This document shows positions 12,975-25,946 of a DNA stretch of 64,000 nucleotides, piece after piece; within the stretch, counting starts at the first letter, position 1, and every line of letters begins with the position of its first letter. The translations under genes were made by a program, and so were the position numbers. A model generated the notes under the pieces. That model worked only from the letters and a program-made list of their open reading frames with translations, was not told the DNA's origin and did not search any database. The DNA comes from Callorhinchus milii (taxonomy: Eukaryota): assembly GCF_018977255.1 (NCBI RefSeq), contig NW_024704742.1, forward strand, positions 46,440,001 through 46,504,000. The letters are read 5' to 3'.

Positions 12975-14245
12975 TAATAATCACATTTAATATAACCACT
13001 TATGTCACAAAGAACTTTATAACATTTTCTATAAAGTGTAGGCGACTTGTGTGTTTGTCAATGAATGTGGCAGCCAATTTGCGTACAGTAATATTCAACA
13101 AACAACAACAAAATTACATTTGTATAGCGCCTTTCATGTCAGGAGGATGTCCCAAGCTGCTGGACAGACAGAGTTATGGACCCGAGCTGAGGGTTGGGCG
13201 GGAGAGGGAGGAGGGCAGGAGGGAAGCAGGGAGATCGAAAGCACGGTCGAAGAGAAGGGTCTTGAGGTGAATCTTGAAGGTGGCAAGGGAGGGGGTGAGA
13301 TGGAGGGACTGTGGGATGGAGTTCCAGAGGATGGGTGCAGAGTGGTGGAAGGCCCGCATGCCGATAGTGGGGCGAGCAAGGTGGGGGACTAGAAGCAGGC
13401 CGGAGCCCGCTGAGCGGAGGGAGCGAACAGGATGGTAGGAGTTAGGAGGTCGGAGAGGTAGGGGAGAGCAAGACTGTGGAGAGCTTTGAAGGTGAGGACC
13501 AGGATCTTGAACTGTATCCCTGTGTGATGGGAAGCCAGTGGAGTTGGGCAAAGATGGGGGTGAAAGGGTCACGGAGCCTGGCGCGGGAGAGGACATGGGC
13601 TGCAGAGTTCTGGATGATCTGCAACCTGTGGAGGGAGGAGTTAGAGAGGCCGACAAGTGGTGAGTTTGCATAGTTGAGCCTCGATGTAATAAAAGTGTGT
13701 ATGAGGGTTTCGGTGGCCTGCGATGTGAGACAGTGGCTGGCGGAGCCGGGCAATGTTGCGAAGGTGGGGGAAGGCAGAGCAAGTCATGGTGTAGATGTGG
13801 GGTAGAAAGGATAGTTGAGGGTCAAACAAAACCCCAAGGTTCCAGACTTGCTCAGTGAGGTGGAGTGTGCAATCATGGATGGTGATGCTGTCAGCGCCTG
13901 AGTTAAGTAAGCGCTGACGAGAGCCAATCATGGAGAGCCTCGGTCTTGTTGACTTTCAACTGAAAAAAGTTAGCTCTCATCCAGGACTTGATGTCTGACA
14001 GACATCAATCTGTTTATTGATCATGATATTGTGAAAAACTGCCTTCTCTTTTCACATAGAGCCCCGGGATCTTTAATGTCAAACTGAATAGGCTTCCATT
14101 TAATGTCTCATCCAAAGGACAGCACCTTTGACAATGCAGCATCACTCACTGCACTGGAGTGTCAGCCTGGACCATGAGCTCAAAGTCTTGAAATGGAAGT
14201 ACAGTCCCATATTGACCTGAGACGAGTTGTGCTTACTGACACCGT
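12975..14245 (-). mobile_element. DeuSINE split by L2 13096-14004
   Basis: The SINE 3' part (12975-13095) and the Deu domain and head (14005-14245) flank the L2 in colinear order. Confidence 0.75.
13096..14004 (-). mobile_element. L2 LINE, ~0.9 kb, 5'-truncated
   Basis: ORFs 13174-13782, 13442-13753 and 13641-13931 give frameshifted L2 RT ([51 protein letters not shown]). (CAA)n tail. Confidence 0.96.
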
Positions 14246-14249
14246 GTAG

Positions 14250-14590
14250 CTCCACCACATTGCCCATCTCCATCCGTACCTCACACCCACAGCAGCTGAA
14301 ACCCTCATCCACTCCTTTGTTATTTCGGCTGGATGATTCAAATGCCCTCCTCACTGATCTCCCCAGCTCCACCATACACAAAATCCAATTAATTCAAAAC
14401 TCCACAGATGCTAACATGTATTCCCATCATACCATTCCTTGCCAGGCTGCACTGGCTCCCAATTATCAAACAGATCAACTTCAAGATCCTCTCACTCGTT
14501 TTCAAATCCCTTCGTGCCCTCACACCTCTCTATCTGTCCGATTTGCTGACCTACCACTCCACCACTGCCTCCATTCGGCCAGCTATTGGT
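14250..14590 (+). mobile_element. Older L2 RT fragment
   Basis: RLDDSNALL, IQLIQNS, LARLHWLPIIKQINFKILSLVFKSL. Confidence 0.9.
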
Positions 14591-15559
14591 GAAGTATGAC
14601 TGTTTGGAGCTGTAACAAAAGAAAAATCTTGAATTCCCCAGTACTGTAACTCCTCAGCCTATTGCATATAAAATACAAAACAAATAAAAAAAACAGCATC
14701 TATGTACCAATTAAGCCATGAATTTCTGTGCCTTGTGAATGAGCGTCTATTCTGTGCCTCTACAGGGCAATATTATAGCATAAGGAATAAATGCAGAGTC
14801 AGCAAAATCCTCCAAACTTGAGGACTTTGTCTCCAGCAGCTCGGCAGAAAAGATTTACTGCAACTAGTATTGCCAGTTCCTCGGAAGAAAGATTGGATTC
14901 TTTTTATATCTTGAATGCCATACTTTCTCCAGCCTTAGTGCTCCTTTAACATCTTGAGGCTATGCTAAAGTAATAAATGCTGTCCCCAAATCATATTTCT
15001 GGTTTTAGGTTTAACTTATTATAAAATATAGGTTGGTTGAGGAAAGTTCAAGTATTCTTCTGCACCTTCATCGTCAATGCAACAGAGTGCCTCAGGAGAA
15101 TGAGAATTGAGTAAATAGCTCCAGTGGGAGAGCTACAATCAGCACATATGCAAAGGGCTGAATAGCCTTCTTCTGTGCTGTAAACTTTTTATGATTCATG
15201 GTCTCAGAGGGGAATAATGGTCTCCGAGGAAACAGTATAGCGTGAGGGAGATGTAGGAACAAAGTATGTTAGGGAGCAGATCCATGGGTTTACAGTCAGT
15301 AAAGAAGAAGCAATGTCTCATAAGTATTCTCCACAGAGACAAAAGAGTAAAGAGTAAAGCACTGGTACATCAGCATCAGTGCTCCTCATTGCCTCTGGTA
15401 CTACAAGTCCCAGAGCATATTGAAGAGGGGCTAGATACATTTATAGATATTATGCATAATGAATTTAAATTCTTGTATAGGAATCTGAGTACAGCTCACT
15501 GCACATACATTTGGATTGAAGAAGTAAACTCAGAACAACACTTAACAATGAGCCAGTAC

Positions 15560-15810
15560 AGTAGCACATGAGGACATAGATTTAGAGTTGTAAAGGGAAA
15601 TTTCAGGACAAATACCAGGAAGATTTTCTTTATTCAGAGGAAAGCTAATGGCTGGAACAGGTGGTCAGGAAGAGTGCTTGAGGCCAGGACACTGGACTCG
15701 ATTAAGAAGTAGTTGATGCGGTGATGGGAGATCTGTAGGGTGGGTTTCTGAAGAATTAAGACCAGATGGACTGAACGGCCTTTTTCATCCAAACCAATCT
15801 TGTGGTCATG
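15560..15810 (+). mobile_element. CR1 3' fragment
   Basis: gcacatgaggacatagatttagagttgtaaagggaaatttcagg...ttttctttattcagagg...tggaacagg, followed by a 3' UTR with gatggactgaacggcctt. Confidence 0.75.
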
Positions 15811-16039
15811 GCTGTTGGCTCTTCCAGCATTTCTCCAGTTGATGGAATGCAGTTTGTTTTATATCTTGATGGGATATTACTATAAAGTTATGCATAGTCA
15901 GATAAGGCCATGATGCTGGAGATGTTGGAACATTATGCAGTGAAAGCTTGTCACATATATCACTTCATTTTGGGGTTAATCCTATGAAGAATAGAATAAC
16001 CTAAGTACTCACCCTACCATCTTCCTATCACAGTATCAA

Positions 16040-16382
16040 GCTGTTTTTTTATTAAATGAGCCCAGTGTCTCAACCATCCTTCCTTGCAACTGTTCCAGTA
16101 TTTAGTTACCTCCAGGTAAAGAAACACTTCCTGACATCTGTCCTGAAATTACCCTTTGTAACTGTAAACCTACATCTTCATGTTCTACTACTACTAATTT
16201 CTTGATGCATCCTAAAGTATTGCTCCTGGTTTACTTTGTCAATCTCAATTAAAATTTTTATACACCATTATAATGTCCCCTCTGAGCCATCTTCTCTCAA
16301 GACTGAAGAGCCTTAGCTTGTCTAATCATTGCTCATAGCTCATTCCTCTAACACTCGGGCTCAACCTCGTTGCTCTCCTCAA
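16040..16382 (-). mobile_element. CR1 RT C-terminal fragment
   Basis: Reverse complement of the same CR1 subfamily (cttcctgacatctgtcctgaaattaccctttgtaactgtaaacc; tcccctctgagccatcttctctcaagactgaagagcc). Confidence 0.8.
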
Positions 16383-19300
16383 CACATTTAAATAAGCTAT
16401 TCCATGTGGGTGTTCATATGTCTTTTCAGATTTCCAATTATGCAATAAATGCAGCTTTGCTTAACGCACAAAATTTACAATCCAAAAATTTTTCCATCTG
16501 CCAAAAGGGTTCTTCCAAGTTTAGAATAAAGATTTTGTTTGACAATTTTTGGGGGCATTTATTTTAAATTTATTACAGTGCTTCCTTCTCGTGTCATCTA
16601 AATATTATACTGGAGCCAAAGCTTGACAATGCAACACAAGGTGTCCATCGTTGAAGATTGTTTGGAATCATTTCTCTCAATCGACCCTTTTTTTATCCTT
16701 TCGGTTCTTCCTTCATTTACATAATAATGTAGCGTCTGATTTGCATTGCACCATTTCACAAGCACAGCACATAAATATCAATTATCACCAGTGCATTTTG
16801 CAAAAAATGCTCATTCCACAGACTGCCGTGATTTAATAATATTGATATAGTTTTGTGTTGCAAAATCTTAGCAGTCAGCAGTTACCAGATTTATTGATTA
16901 GTTGCTATACATACAATGCATTACACTGTATGGTGAATAACACTGGGAACACATATGTTTTCTTATTACTAAGATAATTTGTTTTTCTTTTCCTCTGCTT
17001 TGGAGTGGAGATATTGTAAAGCAATTCTGGGCTGATCTAAATTCTGTATAGAGAGAAAACAATTAATCACAGTGCTTTGAATAGATCAACCCCTGATCAT
17101 TTGCTAAATTGGCAGAGTTCAAACCTGAGCCAAGGCAGAAATTCAGACAAAATGTAGATTTCGGGTCAAAATTAAAGTGGTTGTGCATTGGAAAAGAAGC
17201 TCTGCATATATGGACGATTCCTCTTTTCATGCTGCAGTTTAATCTGCTGGGAGTTGGTTTCCTACAAAGTCTATCGCGCTCAATGTTACTTTGTTAGCAC
17301 ACCTATAATCTGTAATGTGTTATATGTCATTACATTTCCCCAGGCTCACACAACCCTTGACATCTCTGGCAAAATACTCAGGGGTCATGTCCTTTCATTA
17401 AAGAAAACAGCCTTTGCAAAACTTTTTTCATTTTGCTCTCTTCAAGTGCTATGTATGTGTGATTGGGGTCATCTGTTTATGGCTAGGGTCTCTTATAACT
17501 CGATTCTAATGCAAATAGATTGGTATTTCTTTTTGGGTTTCATGACATTAACCAGGAGTGGTGATGTACCTTTGAAAGGATAAAAACAAATGTAACATTG
17601 CGCTCAAATACCATTAAATAACAGACTCAGGAGAGAAAAGTGTTACTGAAAACACCATAATCGCTATACTATCAAACAGTGACCTATCAATAACTTGGCA
17701 TCAGAGCCACTGGTTAATTTTTCATTTCCCCTTCCCCATTAATACATATTATTACAGCTGACTGAACACTTAAGATATTCCAATGAATGAAGTTCAACAT
17801 AAACTGTACGAATGTTTGCTTGCTAATAATGATGCTCTACCAGAAGACTCAGCATTTTTCAATTGATAGTGCATGCCATAAAGCACCGTACGAGGGCACA
17901 GCATGTTTGTCTGATATGTTTTAAGACAGCTGGAAAATGTTAATCCTGTTGCATTTAGAAAATGATGGGCAGATTTGATATTCACAGAAGGTAAACACCT
18001 CCTCCTTAAAGTTGTTTATATTCATTTACCTTGATTGTTCCAGTGCTGTTTACCCTGAGTCAACTGATGCATCATCAGCCATTGTGGTGTATTAAGAAGC
18101 TTTACCCTTGACAGCACATCAACCAGCAAATGCTGCAAGTGACAAACTGTAATGACCAAACTACCCATTTTGATTTCTTCACTATCTCAGCAGTTATTCA
18201 GACTCAATATTGGACTTTTCTCTTATTTAATTCTGCAGAGTTTACCCTGTCTTCTGCTGTCTCCTCTTATCAATCAAATGCAAAGTATGTTTCAGTCACT
18301 CAACAAATGCTGGCATAGAGATGAGAGTGAGGTCAGCAAAATGTTTTATTAACTTTTAGAAACCAGTTCAGAGCTTCTAGCCATTACCATAACATATAGC
18401 AATGAGTAACTGCATGCACCTCTGTAGTGATCACCAAATTCTTGAAACCTAGGGTAAACTAGTAACAAATATATTTAATCAGTAAATCTCAGTCTTGCTG
18501 GTCATTGTACATTGGAGCCAAACAGAAGAGCTTGTCAGGGCAGGGTTTGGTTGTCAAATAAATCTCAAGCCGAAACTGTATTCATGGAGGGACTTATATG
18601 CACTGCATACCGATTAACAAGACCTTGGCTCCAACTTGAGACTTTTGAGTTGAGGTCCAGCGCACTGGGACATGTTTGTGACGTGAAAAGCGCTATACAA
18701 CTGTAATTTGTCGTCATTGTCTGCAAGAGGTTGTGAACTACACAGGAGGCTCAAAATTCTACCCAGTTAAGACCTATTTCCATTAATATAGTTTGTGGAA
18801 AATTCTTCATTTGGTAACTGGTTCTTTGTAAGAACTATAGAAAACTGACTTCCAAATTAAGATTGAATTTAAGAATCCTTGCCTATACTTAATAGTGAAG
18901 ATTCTTGGTGTGAAAATCTGTGTTTTCTTATTGTCATTCACCGTCAGTTTTTAGAAAAATGCCTATTTCTTAGAATGTAAGAAAATATAAGAGGTGAAAT
19001 TTGTGTGACGAGTTAAGATTTTGAATTTACCTCTGAAACATGAAGATTGTGTTCTGTCTTTAATGATGTGTCTGAATCTCCTCTGTTTCATACCTTTAAC
19101 TTGTTATTATTCAAGAGGAGAGAATTGCTGGAAAAATGCCAATATACAATATGTTATTTGTATAATCTGGACCTCTACACCAATTTAATACTCTAGCATT
19201 TGAGGCTCATTGTTATCAAGACTTACTTAACCAACGGGCTGAGTCAGCTTGTGATGAGATCAATGCAATCTAACTGATTAAAAGGAGAAGATTATGGTGC

Positions 19301-20091
19301 TTCAAAGCCCCAGTCAATCGATCCAAGACCTTAAACAAGAAAGTGTTTCCTTCTGCGCTGATGGATTTATGGACATGAGAGGTAAAGAGTTCAAAGAAAA
19401 TCAATTCTAACTGTACACATTTGCTTATAACCTTTAAAAGCCCATTGAGTGAGTATAATCCGGGATGGGGAGGGAAGACAATTACACTTCCTGCAAGAGC
19501 TAACATCAATGTTGTAGGGTGGGTAGAACTGTGTGGAATGTTTGATTTTCTCACTAAATGGTAAAGAAAAATACTACAAGCCAAAGCCCCAACAGGTAGG
19601 ATAGTTTTAGCTGGGCAAGCAGTGGGAAGGTTGCAAAGGTAATGCTTCCAATGACAAACTGCAGCAGTACAACCAAACATATGTAGGGGTCCCCAACCAT
19701 TGGCTTTTGCCAGAATTAGGTAAGTAGGGTCCATCCATCCAAGGAGAAAGGGTAGATTCTATTCTAGACCCAGGGTAATTTCAATGTGTAAGCAGCATAA
19801 ATAAGTGGAACTCTCAGTCCAGTTGGGATACTCTGTGTGATGTGTCTGACACCCGATTAATACACTCACAAGCCCTTTACCAGACCTCATCAAACTGCAG
19901 CAGAAATGTGTGTTAGTTTTCAACTCACCTGAGTATAAAAGCTATAAATTGGTAGTGAGCTATTTCAATAATCCTAAATATTATCATTATATTGTTTTAG
20001 AAATTCAGCAATCGGTGTTTTATAAAGGTATCTGTTAAGAATTCTCACAACTTAAAACACAACATCAACCATTTTTATCTGTGCAGCAATA

Positions 20092-20345
20092 AACAACAAC
20101 AAAATTACATTTATAGAGCACCTTTCATGTTGGGAGGACATCCCCAAGCGCTGAACAGTCAGGTGTCGGGCCTCCGAGCATGGGGGAGGGGTGGTGTAGT
20201 GGTGAGGGAATGCAGAGAGGTGGGAGGGAGACCAAAGGCATGGTCAAAGAGAAAGGTCATAAGTCCGACCTTGAAGGAGGCAAGGGAGGAAGCGATGCGA
20301 AGGGACCATGGAATGAAGTTCCAGAGTGTGGGACAGAGAGGCTGA
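20092..20345 (-). mobile_element. L2 3' end
   Basis: (CAA)n tail; LWNFIPWSLRIASSLASFKVGLMTFLFDHAF. Confidence 0.92.
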
Positions 20346-20821
20346 AATAAGTGGCTTTCAGTGTAATTCAGATTGTTTTCTTTGTGTGTAGACATAGCAA
20401 ATAAATAGTCATGCAATACAATACAAATTTATATTTATATGGTGTATTTCATGTCGGGCAGATGCCCAAGGTACTTATCAATATTGTCTGGGCATCCAAA
20501 CTGGGGGTGGGAGCCTAGGGGCATGGGAAAGGGAAAGAGGACTGCAAGCATGGTCAAAGAAATGGTTTGGACCTTGAATGAGGTCTATTACTGCATAAGC
20601 ACCGTTTAATAATAATATTACAACTAATATGATCCACTGCAAATAGACACCCTAAGTAGCTGGTGCATCAATTGTTATATGCACATTTCAAGCAGTATAA
20701 GCAGACTTGAACTCACTACAGTCAGTTAATTCTGTACCATCAGAACTATCATCAACTGAACATCAGTTCTGTATCATCACATAATCCTGCCCAACATAGA
20801 GTCTATGATCATAGAGCACTG

Positions 20822-21122
20822 TGGCCTCCGCTCAGCAGGCTCCAGCGTTTTCCATGTGCCCCGTCCAGCCCACCATCAGCGGTCAGGCCTTCAACTTCTC
20901 TGCCCCCACCCTTTGGAGCTCCATCCCACAGTCACTTTGTCTTGCTCCCTCCTTTGTCTCCTTCAAAACACATCTCAAGACCCTCCTCTTCGACCTGCGT
21001 ATTCGGCCACTCTCCTACCCCTACCCTCTCTGCTGTCCATCCCCACCCAATCCCAACGCCCTGCTCAGCTCCAAATCCCTGACTGTCCGGCGCCTGGAGA
21101 TGTCCTCCTGAAAGGCGCTATC
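20822..21122 (+). mobile_element. L2 3' end
   Basis: FNFSAPTLWSSIPQSLCLAPSFVSFKTHLKTLLFD, ending in tgaaaggcgctat. Confidence 0.9.
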
Positions 21123-21400
21123 ACTATTACAGCAGCAGAGATCTCTTTCATTAAGTCTATTGGAGAAAGTTACAGATTAAGCTGTTGGCCTTCCATATTA
21201 CCAGTATTGCCACAGTTTGCTGTGTGGCCATTAACTTGTTGCTAGAGGAGCATTTAATATAGTATTTAGTAGGATTCGTGATTTTCGTTGTAATGTATCT
21301 CTAGTAAACTAATGCTCAGAGGCAAAAATCTCCTCTATGCTATTCATTTCCGTTACTTACTTGCAAATCTTGGAAATCTTTCCCTTCAATAAACGAACCA

Positions 21401-22505
21401 AAACAAACAAAATTATATTTGTATAGCGCCTTTCACATTAGGAGGATGTCCCAAGGTGCTGGACAATCAGTGTTTTGGACCAAGCTGGGGGTTAGGGTAG
21501 GGCGGTGGGCAGGGGGCAAGGAGTTGGGGGGTCCGACAAGCAGGGAATTTGCATAGTTAAGCCTGGATTTTATGAACGCGTATATGAGGGTTTCGGCTCC
21601 CTGTGGAATGAGACAGTGGCAGAGCCGGGCGATGTTGCGGAGGTGGGGGAAGGCAGAGCGGGTCATGGCACGCATGTGGGGTAGAAAGGATAGTTGAGCA
21701 TCAAGCAAGATGGCAAGGTTCTGGACCGGCTCAGTGAGGTGGAGTGTGCAACCATGGATGGTGATGCTGTCAGTGCCTGAGGTGTGGAGGCGCTGACGAG
21801 AGCCAATCAGGAGAGCCTCAGTCTTGTTGACATTCAACTGAAGAAAGTTAGTTCTCATCCAGGACTTGATGTGTGATAGACATTCTGTCAGGACAGCAGT
21901 GATCCTGGAGTTGAGGGTGAAGGTAGAGAGATAGAGTTGGGTGTCATCCGCATACATGTGGACGTTGATCCCACGTTTGCGGATGATGTCACATAGAGGG
22001 AGCATATGGATATTAAAGAGGAGGGGACCAAGGACAGAGCCCTGAGGAACGACGCACGAGACAGTGCGGGGGCTGGAGGAGAAACCATTTGCAGAGATGA
22101 AGTAGAGACGGTGTGAGAGGTACAATCTGAACCAGTCAAGGACAGAGCCGTTGAGGTGAGAAGAGAGGCAGCGGATGAGGATAGAGTGGTCGACGGTGTC
22201 GAAGGCAGCAGAGAGGGGAAGCAACGACTTGTTCCAGGACCTTGGAAAGGAAAGGGAGGTTGGAGATGCTGCCTTAATTTAAGACAGCGATGGGTCCATG
22301 GAGGGATTTTTAAGGATAGGGGTGATACCAGGCCTTTTTAAAGGGATGGGAACAGTCCCAGTGGACAGGGAGAGGTTTATGATGTCTGTGAGTAAAGGGA
22401 CAAGAAGGTGGAGCTGGGAAGTAAGGAGAGGGGTAGGGAAGGTGTCGAGGGAGTAGGTGCTTGGTATCATGCAGGTTATAGTGGTGGTGAGACAGGAGTG
22501 GAGTT
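21401..22505 (-). mobile_element. L2 LINE RT core with internal deletions
   Basis: ORF 21433-22224 contains [22 protein letters not shown] and MYADDTQLY (RT YADD motif), then jumps directly to the 3' UTR near 21515. Confidence 0.96.
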
Positions 22506-23730
22506 AAGGTTACTAAATTCAGGCCGAACAGAAAATGTAATTCTCATTTTTAAACTTACCTTGGCGACAGTGCAGTGTTGCAAGACTTCCTTCTTAATGG
22601 TCTTGAACAAAGTAACTTAGACATTTTCTTTTCCTTTCACTGAACATGTTAATTCTTGTTTCTGAGGACCAGGAATACTGCTGGTCACACTAGGCATGAT
22701 TGCCTTTTCCATTGACTCTGGGGTCTAATTTATGAAAGTTACAAATGGGTTTGTCCCTACTGAATCCTATATTTACTTAGATGTGTCAGAGGCCACCAAA
22801 TGGATCTTACTCTGATCTGAACACAAATTCAACTTTCGTGAAGTCAGATTGTGGCTAAAAGAAATGGCAGACACCCAGGATATAATGGCCACGGATCAGC
22901 ATCCTAGTACAGCTGCAGTGGGTTGGCTTCATGCACACACAGCATTCACGAGCTACAAATCCGTTTGCAGCGCTGGTACTTTTGACCACATTATCTCATG
23001 AATTTCTGGCCTCTTTCCTCAGATTGTTGCTAAAATTAGCAAACAGGGGCCCCCAGATCTCAGACAACATGTCCATTCATATGTACCTGTGAAAAGAAAT
23101 CCCATTTAAAATATGAGTTCATGTTCTTAACGAGCAGAGCTTCACTTTCTTGTTCATTTTCAAATGACAGCTCATAATTGTATGCGGAAAATAATTACAA
23201 CTAAAGGCCACTTTTCCTTCAAGGTACTTGATACTCTGATAGGATTTGAAAAGCAAAAAAATAATTGTACTTAAAAAAAAAGTTTGTCACTGGGGATAGT
23301 CAGGAAAACTTTGCCATCATTAAACCTCAGTGTTTTAAAGCTGTAGGCACTATCGTTAATGGAGTCTCAAAGTAATTAAGTATGTTGTTCCAATGCCATG
23401 CATGAATGTAACAGCTCTTCCCTGGCTTTGACTGTTGTGTTCTGAATATGAGCTATGAATGTTGGATTCATACTGCTGGGAGCAAAAACGATATTGTTTC
23501 CAGCAATATAGCCATGTCGAGCAAGGTTTTATACATACTGCTTCACTTCGTATTGAGCTGTTAAAAAACAAACAACCGATTTCAAAGCACTACCAGTGCT
23601 CAGTGCAATGCATTCACAGAAGACGAAATCGACTGCCGGGAAATTTTCATGTTATTCAGCGATGTGGACATACCACCACATGTGGAGGAAAAATGCAGCA
23701 TTAAAATATAGAGAAAATATTGAATTTTGT

Positions 23731-24130
23731 TGTCAGTCTGGCTCAGTTGATAGAAATTTCGCCTCTAGGTAAAAAATGTTGTGGGTTCAAGTCCCATGTC
23801 AGGGATTTGAGCTCATAATCTATGATGACATCCAACGCAATGCTGTGGGGGGTATTGCATTGTCGGAGGTGTCATTCCTTCCTAGGAGACATTAAACCTG
23901 TTCAAGTGGACATTAAATATCCCATGGCTTTGTTGAAAAATAGAAGAGAGTATCTCCCAGGGTCCTGGCCAACAATCCCAAACTTAAAATTGTTTATTCA
24001 CCTCATGGCTATTGGTGGGACATTGCTAAATTTGCTGCTGCATTTGCCTACAAATACACAGTCACTAATTATACAGTAAATCCTGTGAAGCATTTAAACC
24101 ACTATGTCAAATGTGAGCATTATTGTTGTT
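23731..24130 (+). mobile_element. Near full-length DeuSINE (SacSINE1-like)
   Basis: tgtcagtctggctcagttgatag (A box), gggttcaagtccc (B box), Deu domain tgtcggaggtg...gtggacattaaatatcccatggc, and L2-type tail. Confidence 0.88.
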
Positions 24131-25504
24131 CTATTCTTTTACATTATAAATGTGTGGGAATTATCTGGTCAGCAGTAAATTGACGGACTTGAGGGGTGTG
24201 CGTTTTCAGTGCAATTTAATCAATACACCTATCTTGCAGAAACAGCACTCATCCTTCACGCCATGTCTTCCTGATCTCACCTGGTCTATCTGCTAGATGC
24301 TGTACAGTAAATAATAATACTTAATAATTCATAAATAATAAGATATGAATATTAATAATAAGTTGGTCAATCAATCCACAACTGTTTGTAGGACATTGTT
24401 ATGTGCCATTGGCTGCCACGTTTCGCCCTGAAAATATAGTCAACTAACTTTACAGTATATCCTATGAGGCCATTTGAGATGCCTCAAGGTTATGATAAAG
24501 TGCTATATTAAATGCAAGGATTATTATTATTATAGGATTATTATTATAGTACTTTCTGATGGAGGAAGAGAATATTATGAGGCCAAGTCACCCAGGTCAA
24601 ACCTATGTTTCTGCCAGCATCCAGTCACTACGCTGCGTCAACAGAGGCTTCAGGAACAGCCTATGCTGTCATGGGAAAATAATAAATGCCACATTTTTTG
24701 TTTTATTGCAGCGATTTACACAAAGCAAGAGTGAAGGAAGCAAAGCAAAAACTAGTTATAATCTTAAAGTGCTATTGTACTAAAAGCTACCAAGTAGAAA
24801 TAACCATGCCACAGTCAAAATCTATCTTTTTCTAAATCATTCTTAGCGACGTTCCACAACCGCCTAAAACAGTTATAATGGTTATGCGCCTGAGGCAAGG
24901 CTGGAAAATAGACAAGACAACATGTTTAGAAGCTGTGTATTGGGCAGTGCATGTATTCTCTGGGGTTAACAACATGGCCTGAAGCTGGAAGGCACTCTGA
25001 ATACTGGCTGGTAGATTTGCTATCCTGAGGCCTCAGACTCCACTTACTTCATAGTATACTGAAAGCAATCATTCTCATCTAATCAAAACACATCAATATT
25101 AATTTCTTGCAAATCATGGATGGTCCCGCCACATCATCAATTTTTTTCCCGCAGGGTACAGGTATAATGAGGCAGATAAAAACGCACATTCAGTTGAAAG
25201 TATTTGGGAGGTATTGTTTAATAATCTCAGTTGACAGGGGCATTGCAGTGCTGGAAAAGTAGTACAATGTCAGAGACATTGGATGAAATATTAAAGCTGA
25301 GGTCCATCTGCTTGTCCAGGTGCACAGTAAAGATCTCATGACATAAGGTAGGAAAAAGCACTGCTGATCAAAGATGCCTGGTGTCAGGTGTCTGGCTGCC
25401 AGAAAATCATCTCCCGACAGAAACTCCGATTTCAGCAGTCCACATCACTCTGAGTCAAGCGACTTTGGCTGCCATAAGATCCTGAGTCAGAATCAAGATC
25501 TTGT

Positions 25505-25946
25505 GACTAAAAGTCTGGCTCAGGTGGTAGTACTCTCCCCTCTGAATCTGAAGGTTGTCAGTTCAAGGCCAACATTGGGATTTTGACCACACAGTCTAGC
25601 CTGACACCCCAGTGAAGTGCTGGGGATGTGCTGCAATGTCGGTGCTGCTGTGCTTTGAATGAAACCAAGTTCCTGTCTGTCTGTTCAGGTGGCATTAAAG
25701 ATCACATAGGACGACAGGTGTTTGAAAATAGAAGGGAGTTTCTCCGGGTATCCTTGTCAACATTCTCCCAAATAAAAGTTGTCATTCACTTCCTAGCTAT
25801 TTGTGGGACACTGCTGTGCACAAATTGGCTGCCACACTTCCTCTGCAAATACACAGCCGCCACATTTCAAAGTGAAATCCTGTGAAGCAGTTTGAGATGT
25901 ATTGATGACATAATAAGGCATTATATCAAATGCAAAGATTATTATA
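25505..25946 (+). mobile_element. Near full-length DeuSINE
   Basis: agtctggctcaggtggtagtactctcccctctgaatctgaaggttgtcagttcaag head, Deu domain, and tail aaggcattatatcaaatgcaaagattatt. Confidence 0.88.

Noticed and set aside
19270..19734. 154-aa minus-strand ORF outside recognised repeats
   Set aside because: No recognisable domain, random-looking composition and no convincing flanking splice sites; consistent with a chance ORF.
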